From Antedon mediterranea (lineage: Eukaryota > Animalia > Echinodermata), in NCBI RefSeq assembly GCF_964355755.1, contig NC_092672.1, positions 15,376,001 through 15,440,000 of the forward strand: a DNA stretch of 64,000 nt, written 5' to 3'. Under the pieces are notes generated by a model. That model was not told where the DNA came from. It made no database searches and worked only from the letters and a program-made list of their open reading frames with translations. Positions 50,467-64,000 of this stretch are shown here, piece by piece; within the stretch, counting starts at the first letter, position 1; every line of letters begins with the position of its first letter. The translations under genes and the position numbers were made by a program.

Positions 50467-51840
50467 CTACTTGGAATCCTCTTTTAAATTAGTACTTTTG
50501 AGAGTGCGATAGCTGTTGATTAACTTCTTGCCCTCTTCAATTTCAGCATATGTTATCGATTCTAGTTCCAAATCATTGGGCACCTGTGTAGCAATAGATC
50601 GTTTCCATTTTCCTGTTTGATACGTACTACCAGAAGTTGTATCAATACTATCTTTAGGCACATAATACACATCAGGCTGTGGTATTTGATTACTAGTGTA
50701 AAGGCTAGCCTGTCGCCTTGTGTACAATATGATACTACACAATAAAAATGCCATTATTGATGCTAGAAAAAGCAAACAGCCACCAACAACTGAAAGCATC
50801 GCTGCTGTGGAATTGCTAGTTTTTTTGTCAAGATTAAAACTGTTTGATCCAGTTGGCTGATTCAGATTATTAGTAATCAATTCGTGTCCACTTACTTGTA
50901 CCATAAATTTTCCAATTCCTGTCCCTTGTGAATTTTTTGCATGACATTCAATATTTGTACCGTTATCATTTTTTGTAAGTTTGATTAATCTTAGGACTTG
51001 CATATTATTTTCATAACCATATTTTTCAGGTGGCAGGGTATCTGGTAAGATCCAAGTATAGTCTTTCACCTCAGGACTTGCATCTGAGTAGCATACATAA
51101 ACACCATCGCTTCCTTCATATATAACTTCCTGGCCTTGAATGTCAATTGATGGTTGGTAAAGAACATGAATTGGTCCAACAGTACAATTTTCATTTATTT
51201 CCACATTAGCATCTGTTGTTAGAGAACAAACAAAAAATGCTTCCTTGTGTTGCTTATTTATTGTTACTATTGTTTCTGCCTTCACTATGTCATTGTTTTG
51301 TTCATTGCGTGTTTTAAGAGCTTGCCCGTTATAGTACCATTTTAATTTCACAGTTGGATAACCCTTTTCTGAAGTACACATCAAATGAGCCTTGGTGTTT
51401 TCTTCAAATTCCTTTTCACTCTGTTTGCAACTTGGATTATATTCAGGACTGGGTATTTCAGTTACCAGTAGAAGTGCTGCATCTGAAGTTGCTCTTTGAA
51501 CATTTCCATCATAAACAGAACAATGGTACTTTGTACCATTATCCCCCTTTTTGACAGCTTCTATAACAAGGTTATAATGACCAAGTTCATCATCTATATC
51601 AATTTTAATTGATGATGGCAATCCTTGGACAACATTGGTTCCTTCAGTAATGATTCTATCGTTACGGAACCATTTTACCTTTTGATTGTCTGTTAGACCC
51701 TTAACAACACACATGAATTGTGCTCTTGAACCTTTGAGACATGTGGTGTCCTGAGGTCTTACATCAATTTCCACAGAACTACAAAAGGTTATCATTTCAA
51801 ATAATATTAATGTTTGAAGAATATTTATATTTTTTATCAT
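50467..51840 (-). CDS. Immunoglobulin-superfamily type I membrane protein with 3 Ig domains, intronless ORF; paralogue of 3978-5318
   Basis: 457-aa ORF: signal peptide, Ig1 (FMC..W..YHC), Ig2 (LMC..W..FVC), Ig3 (YVC..W..IEC), TM (AAMLSVVGGCLLFLASIMAFLLCSIILY), tail containing ITYAEI. Candidate 5'-UTR splice acceptor (pyrimidine tract plus AG) at 52131-52130. Confidence 0.93.
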   Translation of the reverse strand: MIKNINILQTLILFEMITFCSSVEIDVRPQDTTCLKGSRAQFMCVVKGLTDNQKVKWFRNDRIITEGTNVVQGLPSSIKIDIDDELGHYNLVIEAVKKGDNGTKYHCSVYDGNVQRATSDAALLLVTEIPSPEYNPSCKQSEKEFEENTKAHLMCTSEKGYPTVKLKWYYNGQALKTRNEQNNDIVKAETIVTINKQHKEAFFVCSLTTDANVEINENCTVGPIHVLYQPSIDIQGQEVIYEGSDGVYVCYSDASPEVKDYTWILPDTLPPEKYGYENNMQVLRLIKLTKNDNGTNIECHAKNSQGTGIGKFMVQVSGHELITNNLNQPTGSNSFNLDKKTSNSTAAMLSVVGGCLLFLASIMAFLLCSIILYTRRQASLYTSNQIPQPDVYYVPKDSIDTTSGSTYQTGKWKRSIATQVPNDLELESITYAEIEEGKKLINSYRTLKSTNLKEDSK

Positions 51841-52969
51841 CTTTATATTTTTTGTTATTGTTGCTCAAATATAAGTTTGAATATGAAGTACCTTTTTTTA
51901 AAATGTAAGTAGTGTACTTATAAACCACTACTAATGTTTTTTGTTATTTTACCCATGAATTAATCACAATCAATTCACTGATCCCTTTTTTGAGATTGAC
52001 TTGTTGACAGGTCAGGCTATAACTTGCACATTTTACGTGTTTAAGAATATGAATAGTTTTTATGATTTTCAAAATCAAATTCAGCTGATTGTGTTCCTTG
52101 CCTTGGGCAGATTATTGTAAAAAATGCAGCTGTAAAGAGAAAAAAAAGAAAGCATAAGTTTCAACATTTAATATTTATCACATAAAGATAAGAAACAATA
52201 ATTTGTACAGATTTTGTTTACATTCTCTGAATTTTATTAGTTATTTATGAATGTTTATTATTCAAGTTATTTTTTGCAAAAAAAAGAATTTTAATTATAT
52301 TATTGACCATAGTGCTATCACACAATGTTTAAATACTATGAATTGCTCCTTTTTTAAAGAAAAAGCATTTGTACACTTTATCATACGTATAATTGGTAAA
52401 TTCATATAAAGTTACTTATTTAGACTACGCCTTTAATATGCCCATAGATAGGAGTGGACATTAACTTAAAAAATGAATATTGTAGACCAAAATAAACAAT
52501 AATTGATCTGGACTCTCAAGTAATTAAGAAGAATTTAAAATTGAATGTTAGGAATTGTTGGGGGTTGTGATGGAAATGCAGTAATAAAGTTTGTATTTTT
52601 AATTACCTACAGTCTACCTCTTATTTTGCTGAATGAAATGTCCATAAAAACTAATAGACTAAAGTTAATGAACTAAAACAATTTTTGTCATGAGTACCGG
52701 TTATGTTATTATGCCACCTGAAGTAATTGACACTTGGAAGGAGATTAGAATGTTCCATTTTGTACAATCAAATTTGGATAAAACCAATAAAGAAAATAGG
52801 TAAGTTTGAACTATGTTTTTTTCAATTTTAGTTTGGCATTTAATTGTATTCAAATGCATTTCCTCATAGATAAGCTGAAGGCTTTCAATTTTAACCCTAC
52901 TTTCATCCTTTTGATCATTCTTAATCATAGTATGGCTATCCAATACACATATAGCTTTTCCTTTTTACT

Positions 52970-55790
52970 CGAGGTAACAAAGGCGTGAATCTCAGTTGAT
53001 CTTGAATCCAGGTACTTCCGAATGCTTCCAATTTTACGAATAGCGTGAAGCCCAGCTTTGCAGATGTTATGTACCTGATTGGACATACTAAGCGTTGAAT
53101 CCATAACAACTCCAAGGTTTCTACAGGATGACAAAGGTTGAATGAAAGAATTACCAAACAGATACAGTCCAATAGGCAGGCTTAAAACGAGAAGAAAAAT
53201 GAATATAAAGTTCTGTTTTAGCATCATTCATGACCAGGTTTTTAGATTGACACCATGCTCAGACTTTGGCAATACAGGATTCAAGTTTACTGACAGCAGA
53301 ATCACGCTGATTAGGGTTAAAAGTGACATAAAGCTGAGTGTCATCAGCATACGCCAATCACTTCACATTGTGAGATTCAATGAGGTCAAGTAGTGGGGTG
53401 GTAAATAAAATAAACAGAAGAGGACCAACCACAGACCCTTGTGGAACACCAACTGTAAGCAGAGTCGGGTTCGGCAAAACATCCTTGATGACAATTGACT
53501 GGGACCTATCATTTAGACATGATGCAAACCAATTATGACCGATTCCAGAGATACCGTAACGTGATGATATACGATTTAATAACTGCTTATGGTTGATGGT
53601 GTCAAAAGCAGTACTGACGTCCAAAAGGACCATAAGAACCTCATTATGGTTGTCAAGTGCAATGCTAATACCATTATGCATAAGAAGAAGTGCAGATTCT
53701 GCACTATGGTTTGGACAATAGGCGGATTGTCTAGTGGCAAATAAGCCATTTCTATTCAGATATGATTGCAGCTGACTGGACACAACCCTTTCAATAATTT
53801 TTCCAAGACATGGAAGATTGGAAATGGGTCTGTAACTTGCAAATTCCTCAGTATCCAGAGATGGCTTCTTTAACAATGGTGTTATGCTGGCATGTTTGAG
53901 TGAAGATGGAAAGATACCTGAGCTCAGTGAGGTGTTGACAACTTTGGTAAAGAAGGGAAGAAGAGTAAGGAAGACAAGTCTTAAATAATTTAAGAGGAAG
54001 CGGATCCAGGGAGCAAGAAGTAATGGAGGCTGGCCTAATGACATTAAGTAAATCATCAGCAGAGACGGGGTCAAAGGTATTGAAATTACTTTTACATGAA
54101 TGAGGGGAGGTTGATGAAATATTGATGCAATATTTCTCAATCTTGTTCTTAAAAGTCAGAGAATAGATTTGGAAGAGTTTTAGCATCATCATGAGCGGGA
54201 AGAGGACGGCAGTAGATGTTAACTTGTCAACAATCCGGAATAACTTGCGTTGATCACATCCTAATACCTCATCTTTGTGATACTCCGTCTTGGCCTTGAA
54301 AAAATGTTCATTGTAGTTAGTGCACTGATTATAGTACAGTTGTTTGCCTACCATAAGACAAGATATCAGCCACTTGCGCGCCAGACGTCGACGCTCCTGC
54401 TTCATTGAATGATGTTCACCTGTATACCAGGGTGCATGGCATGAGGGCGATGCACAGGTGGAGAATGAGAATCCAATATTTTTCGACACATTATATCCCT
54501 TCACCATAGAATCGATGTCAGAAGCCAGGGAACATTGGGAGAGAGAATCACGGAATTTGACGATGTCTATGTTTTTGACATTTCGTGAAACTACTTGTGT
54601 TCTTCTGGGCCCAGGACGATTTACGTCAACCTGACACTTAATGGCATGGTGGTCCAAAAGGCATACATGTTGGATGGATATTTTGCTAAGCAGGTCAGAT
54701 TCTTTGCGGGAGATAAGTAAATCTAATGTATGGTTGGCAATGTGAGTTGGGTCATGGATGTGCTGATATAATCAAATGTCTCAAGAGTGTTGAGAAACAA
54801 TGCAGCATCCCTGTTGTTAGAATTATCAATATGAAAGTTAAAATCGCCTAAAATAACTAACTTGGAGGAGTTCACACTAATAATGATTCTAGTAAAGAAG
54901 AAAATTCATTAATGAACATAGATGAGGTTAATTTGTTTTGGGCATTTGGAGGAACCCTATAGACAACCACAAGCTGAAAAGAGGAAGAAAAAGAAGCCAA
55001 AGTAATCTTTGAACATTCCATAGATTTCGCAACAATGTATCTGAATACCATCACAATGACTGCAATGCCACCACCCCAGCCATGAGTCCGAGGGGTATAA
55101 CAACATTATAGTTAGGCAGTGTTGTTTTTATCAGCAATGGTATGATCATCTCTACCGTCAGCCATGTCTCTACAACAGCCAGTATATCAAGATGATTATC
55201 AATGATAAAATCACAGAACGCAGTTGATTTGTTCTTGGCCCCAATAGATCTGGCATTCCAAGTGGTTAAGTTAATCTTAGTGGAGTTGTGGCTTGGTGGT
55301 TTTGATGCTTGGCTACCACTCCAAGGGTCCTGGGTTCAAGTCCCGTCACATGTCAGGATTTTTTCTAAGGACCAAATTACTCCACTCCCAAAGACTTGTA
55401 ATAAGACTTTGTTTATGTAGAGCATCTTGTGTATATGTTGTCTTGTGTAGGTAGTAGGGTAAGTTGGTAAAGTTGACACCACGACCTACTTTAGGTAAAG
55501 ATTGCTGGGTGGAAAGAACAGGTATAGGTTTCCGAATAGTAACTCTTTTACCAGCCCTACAACCACGGTATGATCTGAGAATACTGCATTCATTCAAGAC
55601 CTGATATGTAGAGGGAGAAATCCATTGTCTACGACAGTTCCAAAGGTGTAGTAGCGTACCCCTACTATACACATGCAAGTCAAAGGTAGATACAGGGCTA
55701 GGCCCAGTATAGAGAGACAGACAGACACCAAAGGAACTAATGGGGCTAGCTAGGCCAGCATAGCACAGGGCTAGACCTAATGTTCCAGCA
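52970..55790 (-). mobile_element. L2-type LINE, long but frameshifted (APE endonuclease plus RT)
   Basis: RGCRAGKR N-terminus, NARSI, VVVYRVP, APWYT, SYRPISNLP, LLDVSTAFDTINH, GVPQGSVVGPLLF, RNLGVVMDSTLSM. Confidence 0.9.
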
Positions 55791-55809
55791 GAAGTTTCCT
55801 TGACACCAT

Positions 55810-57725
55810 CAACCATCTATATTTAATTCAACACGTTATGGAACCTACTAGATACAGAGAAGGCGAAACACCCAATGTTTTAGATCTGGTTTTTACTGAC
55901 AAAGAGAATACTATAAATGGCGTTATGCGGTCTCCACCACTGGCTAAAAGCGACCATATGATGTTACAATTTTCATTGGATCTTGTAAGGGATGACAGAA
56001 TTGAACCAAATATTCGAAGTTACAGGCATGGTAATTATGATTTGTTGCGTGAAAAAATTGGTTTGGTAGATTGGGATGTGGTTTTCAATGATAAATCAGG
56101 TATTCAATCATGGGACGAGTTCGAGCATATACTTGTGAAGAATATTGATGAGTGTATCCCAATGAGGAAGGTTTGTCATGAAAGAAAACCCCTTTGGATG
56201 AAAAAAAAAATTTAAAAACAGATTGCAAAAAAAAATAAATGTTGGAAACAGTATGTAAAGGCCAAGAGAAAACAAAAAGTATGTGTTTCAGCAAAATTGT
56301 CGAAGTTTGTCCAAGTAAGAAATCAAACAGTAGATCTGATTTGATGTAATAAATCTGACTTCGAAAATAAAATAGCAAATGAGATCAAATCTAATGAAAA
56401 GTCTTTTTGGAGGTATCTCAGTTCTCAGATCAACATAAAGTCTGGTATACCCAACTTAACCGATAGCAATGGAAGGCATGTGTCTGATGACAAAGATAAG
56501 GCTGATTTGCTAAACACGTTTTTTAGTAGTGTATTTGTTGATGAAAGTTTTTCTAATGTACCGGCTGTTGATGACTTTTCAGAGGATTTTTTTAAGGATA
56601 GTGTACCACATCATAGACTCCTTCTGAAAATGAGTGCATTGGGTATTAGAGGTCAACTTCTAAACTGGTTTCAACAATTTCTTAACGATAGACAACAACG
56701 GGTTAGTGTCAACGGATGTGTTTCAGATTGGGCTGATGTTCGTAGTGGTATCCCGCAAGGAAGAGTTGTTGGACCTGTTCTTTTCATTATGTTTATCAAT
56801 GATTTACCTTCTGTTATTTCTTCTTCTGTACGCATGTTTGCAGATGATATTGTATAGAGTAGTTAACACTGTGAATGATGCTCAAGTTTTACAAGAAGAT
56901 TTAGAGAGAGCATGTGACTGGTCTGACAAATGGCAATTACCTTTTAACAAGGGTAAGTGCAAAGTAATGCACTTTGGGAAGAAAAACAACAAGCATTTGT
57001 ATGCCATGCGTGGTTTCTTACTGAATGAAGTTGATCATGAAAAAGACCTCGGTGTTACTATTGACTCTAAACTTGTTATTAATGTACATGTGGCAGATGC
57101 AGCAATGAGAGCAAATCGGAAATTGGCCATGGTATATCGAGCTTTCAAGTTTTTAAATATGAATGGTTTTCTTCGTTTATATAAAGCTATTATTCGTCCG
57201 AACCTGGAATACTGCAACGTTGTTTTTAACTCACTTCATTGTAAGGAGGAAGACCTACTGAAAAAAGTCCAAGAACGTGCCACCAAGCTTATTTTTTCCA
57301 TTCGTCATTTACCTTCAGAAAGGCTGAAAATTCTCAACCTACCTACTCTCGCATACAGAAGGCAAAGAGCTCATTTGATACAGATTTTTTTTTTTACATG
57401 GAGTGAATAGTATTTCAGCTTGATGAAGATGTCAGAACACGTGGTCATTCTTTTAATTTAAAATTTAAGTTCTCACGCACAAATTGGATGAGGGACTCGT
57501 TTAGTCGAAAAGCTATTATACTATGGAATTTGTTATTGGAGGTAGTATCTGCAAGATCAACCAATCAATTTAAGTCAGGTCTTGAATGGGCATGGTCCAT
57601 TGCCACCCTCTAAAATTTGCGCCATATTCAAGAGTTGATGTAATTATCAAGAGGGGCTTATAGGCATAGCCTAGCCTCGACCCTGGACCCAGCACTGCTG
57701 AGCTCCGGATACAAGTAAGTAAACA
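55810..57725 (+). mobile_element. CR1 LINE, 5'-truncated and internally deleted
   Basis: EPTRYRE..VLDLVFT..SDH, KPLWM, SGIPQG.VVGPVLF, MFADD, EKDLGVTIDS, RPNLEYC, RGHSF; ends in a GTAAGTAAACAAGTAA tail. Confidence 0.9.
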
Positions 57726-57819
57726 AGTAAAATTAGGTTGAGAGGGCCAAGAGGGCTTACCAACAGTGAACCATTCAGACCAAGTAGGCTGTACTCCACC
57801 AGTTTGAAGCCTAAAAAAA

Positions 57820-58030
57820 TTATTCCATTGTGGTTGGGAAATTCAGTTTGATTAGTAATTATATTGTCCAACAATGAGGCAGTAGGAGCAGTAATTCTAG
57901 TGGGGTGGTGAATAAGGGGAAGATAAAAGTTGCTAAACATGGTATTTATAAAATTGAAAGAATGATTACTTGATTCGTATTTTAAAATATCAATGTTAAA
58001 ATCACCTAGTAAGAAAACAGTTTGAGTTCT
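57820..58030 (-). mobile_element. LINE APE endonuclease fragment
   Basis: LGDFNIDIL...MFSNFYLPLIHHPTRITAPTASLLDNIITN. Confidence 0.8.
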
Positions 58031-58669
58031 ATTTTATCTAGGAATGCATTCATATCCAGTGATATCAGATGGAAAAAACAAACATTGTTAATAGAATATT
58101 AGATGTTAAGTTGGATGGATTTATGGAAAATAAAATGTTTTAATAGAAAAATAAATTGTAAAACTACTGAGAAAACGGAAATGTAATATATATTATATGA
58201 AGTGAGAGTATATACAACAATTTTAATACATTTATGACAGATTTAATGATGAATAAAGGTGGTGGTTAACCACGAAAGATAAAAAAAAGTATCATCTATG
58301 GTGTCTTCAATGAACTTTTGTTTGTTTGAACAAATTATTATCAATATTTTGTTGTAGTCCTAAACCAAAACTAAACTCAAAATTAAAATGTTTAATCTGA
58401 CAAACTAAAACTGAAATATCCAGTCCTCATGTGTGCCCTTTCTCTGCACAAGACAGTCAAAGTCAGACTCAAGAGTCAACCATCAACCAGATTTTTTACA
58501 GCAAGATGACAAACAATGTGAAAAAGCAGTAACAATACCAGGAGAGAATATTTTAGAAAATATTGAGTCTGTACATGAAACTCTAGCTAAAACTACTATA
58601 CAGTAGTGTAGTCCCACAGTAGTGTAGTATTGAAGTTGATAAAACCAAACAGGGAAATGTTATTTGATA

Positions 58670-59900
58670 AAAAGATTTGTAACTTATTCTGGGCCGACGA
58701 TATAATACTAATTGGAGATAGTGAAAATGATCTAGAATCATTATTGAAAGCAGCAAACGATTTTGCAACAAATTTTAAAAGGGTATTTAATTTTGAAAAA
58801 TCATATGTAATTGTAACCAACCAACGCATTAACAAACATAGAAAATGGCCAATCGGTAATAAATTTATAGACGAAGACGTATAAATAGAATGCACATAGC
58901 AAGACATTTAAAAGATACATGCCATATAGATGAAACGATTAAAAAAGGGAACAGAATTATTGCATATATAAAATCAATCATAAATGAACGAAATGATTTC
59001 AACATAATTATGTATGGTAATATACTTTGGAAAGGCATTGGAATACCAAGTATAACCTATGCATGCAGTATTTGGTTTTGTGAAAGCAAAACATCTATCC
59101 ACAAAATTGAAAATATGCAATATCAAATGGCTAAATATCTTTCATGTGCTCTTTATGGTGAACTTGAATGGCAATCAATTGAATCCATACTATCGGATAG
59201 AGGAATATCTTACTTTAAGAGATTGAAAAACATGGACGAAGGTCGTTTACCAAAAGTTCTGCTAAGAGCGCTCTTTGCACTTGAAAACACTTTAAATTGG
59301 AATTGGCTAAATAATATAAAATCTATTTTAACCAACTGTGATATACAAAAATATTTTAACTTAGAATATTCTAATAATTGGCTTAAAGGTTTCAAAGAAA
59401 AAAACACTATAAGAGAAAAGATGAAATGGCTTGAGAATGCAAGCAATTATATAAGGTATAAAAATGAACCAAAACTAGAAAAATACTTAATAAAGTGTAA
59501 CTACCATGCTTCAAACGAAAAATTTAAAATTCGCTCTAATTCACTACCGCTTGAAGGTAGAAAAGAAGCATGATCACCTCAAAATGTAGGTATATGTTTA
59601 TTGTGTAATTGTAATGAAAAGGAAACTACAGTATATATCATTTCGTATTTGAATGCAAACAACTTGAGTATGTAAGACAACCAAAGATGAACTAAACAAC
59701 AATAATCTATCCATGTTCTGGGAATTGTTTACTACTGTACTAACTATAATACCACTTATTCTTTAATGACCTTGAAATCCATATTGAATTTAAAATTACA
59801 CCAACTCAATTGACCCATGATGAATACGAATTAGCAAGTAATATTTTCGACAAACATTGTAAAATATTTCTGACCATAGCATGGAACACACTAAATGATA
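58670..59900 (+). mobile_element. LINE 3' part (RT end plus C-terminal CCHC knuckle); clade uncertain, RTEX-like
   Basis: LFWADDIILI, ALYGELEW, RLPK, KIRSNSLPLE, then CLLCNC..E..HFVFEC after a stop and frameshift. Confidence 0.75.
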
Positions 59901-61536
59901 TATATAATACAATTCTTTCTCAAACTTAATTTACACATTTGTGTGTATTATTCACTTGTTACACATCTCATTGAGACTGTACCTATGATTTAAAAGAAAT
60001 ACAATAAGAGTTAGTTTAGTTATACTTCAATCAATTTTTAATACTCTACTAAACCTAACACTACAAGATATAGGCCTATACAGGTACATTTTCAAACATC
60101 TTATTTCAAGACAGATCAAATGAGATGAAACCATGGAAGCAGGCAACGGAGAATTAAACATATTTGCAATTATACTGTTTTTCCAGCAACACCTAGCTTT
60201 GTCTTATGGTCATCCACACTAAAATAACTCTTTATTATGAATTTTGAACTGGTGAATAAATTGATACTTAAAAAGACCAAACAACTATTTGTTGGCTGCC
60301 GGAAGGTTCTTGAAATGATGAACCATTTGGGCCACTTTGTGAAAAGAAATTGCAAGAGATGGCAAAAAAGGATCCGAAAATCAGCAGAATGTAGTTTAAA
60401 CTCAGAACGGCAAGAATACTTTATGATACACAGTTGAAATAGCTTATCAGATAACTGAAATTATTCCTGATCAAAATCTAATCATTACTTAGAAGTAGCA
60501 CTATGTGTAATTTCTGTATCCCTATAATTAAAGGATGTGCTAGCAAAACGTTTTATTTTAACACTATGAAAGCCTGGAACAATATTTCTCTTCATATCAA
60601 GAAATCGTCCAACATAACCACTTTTAAGCAGACTCAGCAAAATCATTGTATTTTAAAATTTTGTTAAGCCATTTTTATACAAATTTTAAACATTTTGAAT
60701 CTTTTTTACATTTTTAATTTCTTCTTTTATTAGTGTAAGGATTCTGTGCAATTTGTTTCTCTGAGTTCTGGACCCCAATGGGATATCCTTTTAACAGAGT
60801 CTGTTAACTGAATCTGATTTTTTTAATTGTTTGTTATTGTGTAGTAAATCAAACAATCAATCAAAACTTCTTCTAATTCCCAACCTAAACCAGGGAGATC
60901 TCCCTGCCTAAACTGAATAGAACGAATCTCACATTTAATACTTTCTGTTCAATTTTTTTAGAATATTATATAGAATATCTGATAACTCTAGCAGCTAGTT
61001 TCATTATAAGAATTTACAACAAATCCTTTACTGTTTGTAATTGTATTTTTGCTTATAGTGATGCTAGAAAATAGAACTCAACAGTTCTTTTCAGAATGCT
61101 AAAAGTTACTTACCGTATTTATCCGAATAAACGCCCAAGCATTTATTGTTCAGAGGGGTGTTTAGGGGAAGGGGTGTTTATTGAACAGTATAATTGAATT
61201 GCCAATTTGCCGACAAAATTCATGCTGGTGATCAATATATGTTATAGGTTGTATAGTTCATGTTTTCCTACTTAGTAGTGGAATTCACTAGTTTGAAAAT
61301 TTAGTAATATATTTAGTAGACATAATATAGACATGATTATACCTACTACCTTTATTTACACTTCACTTCAAAATTGTACCCACAGGTTGTATTAAACAAT
61401 TTGGAAAAAAATCAACTGCTGCCGAGTACAATAATAATGGTTAACTTTTTAAAATAAAACTCGGATTTTGTATACAGCACAAATAAAATACAGTAACAAA
61501 AACCTATATGCTTTATGTGACATATTGAACCACTCT

Positions 61537-63338
61537 TTAGTTTAATTTAATCTTGCGTGGTCGCATCTCTGCATAAGTTTGTATAGCGTGGTCAAAGCTG
61601 ATAGATTTTGCGATTTTTCTCTCTATTGATAGAATAGCTAGTCCAGAAAGCCGGTCCTGTCCCATAGTAGATCGCCTGTAATGTTTGATGAGCTTTAGCT
61701 TTGAAAAGCTCCGTTCTGTCTCTACCGAAGTAGCGGGTAAGGTACAAAATATTGCATATAGCCTGTACAAATTGGGCATTACAATCTGTAGATTCGACTG
61801 TATTTAAACATATCTTGTGCCGATACATTTTTTTGTGGTATTTCGGTTGTAGGTGCATTCACAATATGTTGTTTCCATGCATCATACTCGGATCTTACTG
61901 CTGGATACTTTGGAGAGGTCTTCCAGCTCCTTGGTGGCTGTTTCATTGTCATCTCCTGCAAGTTCAATGCTTTGTTGCTTTCGTCGTCTTTGACAATGTT
62001 GTTTGAACTATGTTGGAATTTCGCACTTTGATGCAAGTTTCTTTGCGTCGCTCATTAATGTCTTAATATTCTTTGCTTTTCTTATCAGAGTATGTACATA
62101 CAAAGCTTTAGGATTTCCATTCAAGACTTTGGTTTTCAAGCCATTATACCTGCCTGACATGTTACTAGCTCCATCATACCCCTGACCTCTTAGTTTCTTA
62201 AACGTCTCACATAGACATTTTAATAACGCTTAAGCAGTCATAGATTTGACATTTTGGAACTTGAGAAACGATTTGTATGTTTCTCCTTCAAGGGCATACC
62301 TAAGAACAAACGAGACTTGCTCAACACGTGCACAGTCGGAAGTTTCATTCATGATTATGCTGTAACAGTCGACCTTAATTATAAGATATATTATATTATA
62401 TATGTGCTTCCGTACAGTAGTTGACAGTGCTGCAATGAAGTCGTTCTGTATTATAGGAGAAAAGTATTGCTCATTTCTTTTCGCTTCCTTGACGTGATTT
62501 TGCAGTACAGGGTCATATTTCGCTAGTAATTCAACTAATTCAAGAAATTTCCCTCTGTTTAATGATTCTTCGCTTTTGTCATGTCCGCGGAAGGCAGATT
62601 TTGCTTTGCCAGAAAAAAAACAATATCTAGCAATCTAGTGAGAATTGCACGGTTTTGCTGAATTTCCTTTTGTTTCTGCAACTTGGCTTGTTCATCTAGT
62701 TGTTCAGAAATATTTCCTTTTGCTACAAATACCTTCCAAGCAATGGCAGCTGCAAGATGAGGCTTTGAGTGTTCGTGCTTTGCAATTTTTTCTATTCCCT
62801 TCTTCCAGTTGGACACACCATCTGTTGTCCAATTATTTTCTGCACTACTCAATTTGGTTCCTCCAAACACAGATCATGCAAAACAAAACATAGCATCCTT
62901 TGCTGGAGAGTATTCTAGCCAATCTCTGATGACCTTTCCTAATGGTAGTTGACGCCATGTATTCTGGAAGGAACGCATTCTATTATGTTGTTTTTTCGTT
63001 TGATAAGTAGGAAGCTTATATTGATGCGGACCCATGTAACACATTTGCAGCTTTGATGTTTCTGTTTCATACCCTAAATTGGTCCAATGTGCAGGATCAT
63101 TAGGTTGAATTTCTGTCCAATTTATTGAACTTTGTACACTTTCTGCTACTTGTACATCAGGCTGTGAAGACTGGGATTCAGCTAGCTTAGACATATCAAT
63201 AGACATGTCTTCAGTTTCAATTGTGTCAGATTCAGAAGATGATGAAAGCTGCATGCTTTCTTGTGTACTCTCACTGCCGAGCTCATGTTCAACATTCACA
63301 GAATATTGCGAAGTTCTAACTTCTGCAACATAAAACAA
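61537..63338 (-). pseudogene. hAT transposase, ZMYM1-like (TTF Zn finger, DUF4371, hATC dimerisation domain), disrupted
   Basis: RSFQNTW..RDWLEYSPAKDAMFCFAC, DGVSNWKK..HEHSKPH, FLAKQNL, TLPATSVETERSFSKLKLIKHYRRSTMGQDRLSGLAILSIE; multiple frameshifts. Confidence 0.9.
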
Positions 63339-64000
63339 AAACTGATAACAAGGAAGCGGTATCTTTTCAATAATTATGTTAAATAATGATAAACTTCAAC
63401 TTGGTTATCTTTATTGTATGAATTTAATTGCAAATATATATTAACTTGACAAATATGTACCATAAAATTACGTAGATTTATTGTAGACTATACACAATAA
63501 ATCATGTGCTGAGAATTATAATGTTCTAACTTTAAGTTTAAGGGTATTTCTGAAATAGTAGTTTCATAAGCTTTAAGATATATAATTTATTTAGGTTTTT
63601 AAAACTTATTATAAAATAAATGAATTGTACAAATACTTATATATACATGTACTTTGCATAGGATGATTATAAATTCTATTGTGTTAGTAGTAATTCAAAT
63701 GCCTACTTCCTATTTCATATAGACCTAATTTAATTTATTTAAACACAAATGTGAACATTACCCCGACAAGCACTTAATTTTATAGTATAACAACAACTAC
63801 GCTAATAACAGTAATATTTGGTCGCAAAACCAGTTGTTAACAACCAAAAAATAATATAATTTTATTTAATACTTATTCCACAACCAGATGAAATTCTTCC
63901 AAAACCAGTTGGTTAATTTTATTTTACCTTCTGTAGCTGCATGTATCTACTGTTGTAATGACTCCTGGAAGTATTGCTGGCTCGGCCAGTTGGCGGGGGT

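Noticed and set aside
61537-63338. Functional ZMYM1-like host gene
   Set aside because: Multiple frameshifts, stops and a deleted core indicate a dead hAT transposase.

Overview
AT-rich eukaryotic (animal) genomic DNA, not prokaryotic. The repeat types and Ig-domain style suggest a marine invertebrate deuterostome such as an echinoderm (inference only). The only intact host genes are two diverged, co-oriented paralogues (3978-5318 and 50467-51840, minus strand). Each has an intronless ORF encoding a 3-Ig type I membrane receptor. Their cytoplasmic tails share IPQPDVY..PKDS, an LC8/DYNLL-like WKRSxx[TV]QV motif and an ITIM-like TYAEI motif. The rest is mostly transposon debris: Kolobok-type TTAA elements (two regions carry KolX/P2X7-ballast-like remnants), Harbinger (transposase plus Myb/SANT), hAT, MULE-like, Tc1/pogo-like and piggyBac-like MITEs, a Helitron with a local empty-site copy, Gypsy fragments, several decayed LINEs, a ~3 kb octamer-rich foldback palindrome, two minisatellites (61/62 bp and 56 bp), a tRNA-Val(AAC) and a tRNA-like element with an ATC anticodon. 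All calls were made by eye, with no searches run.
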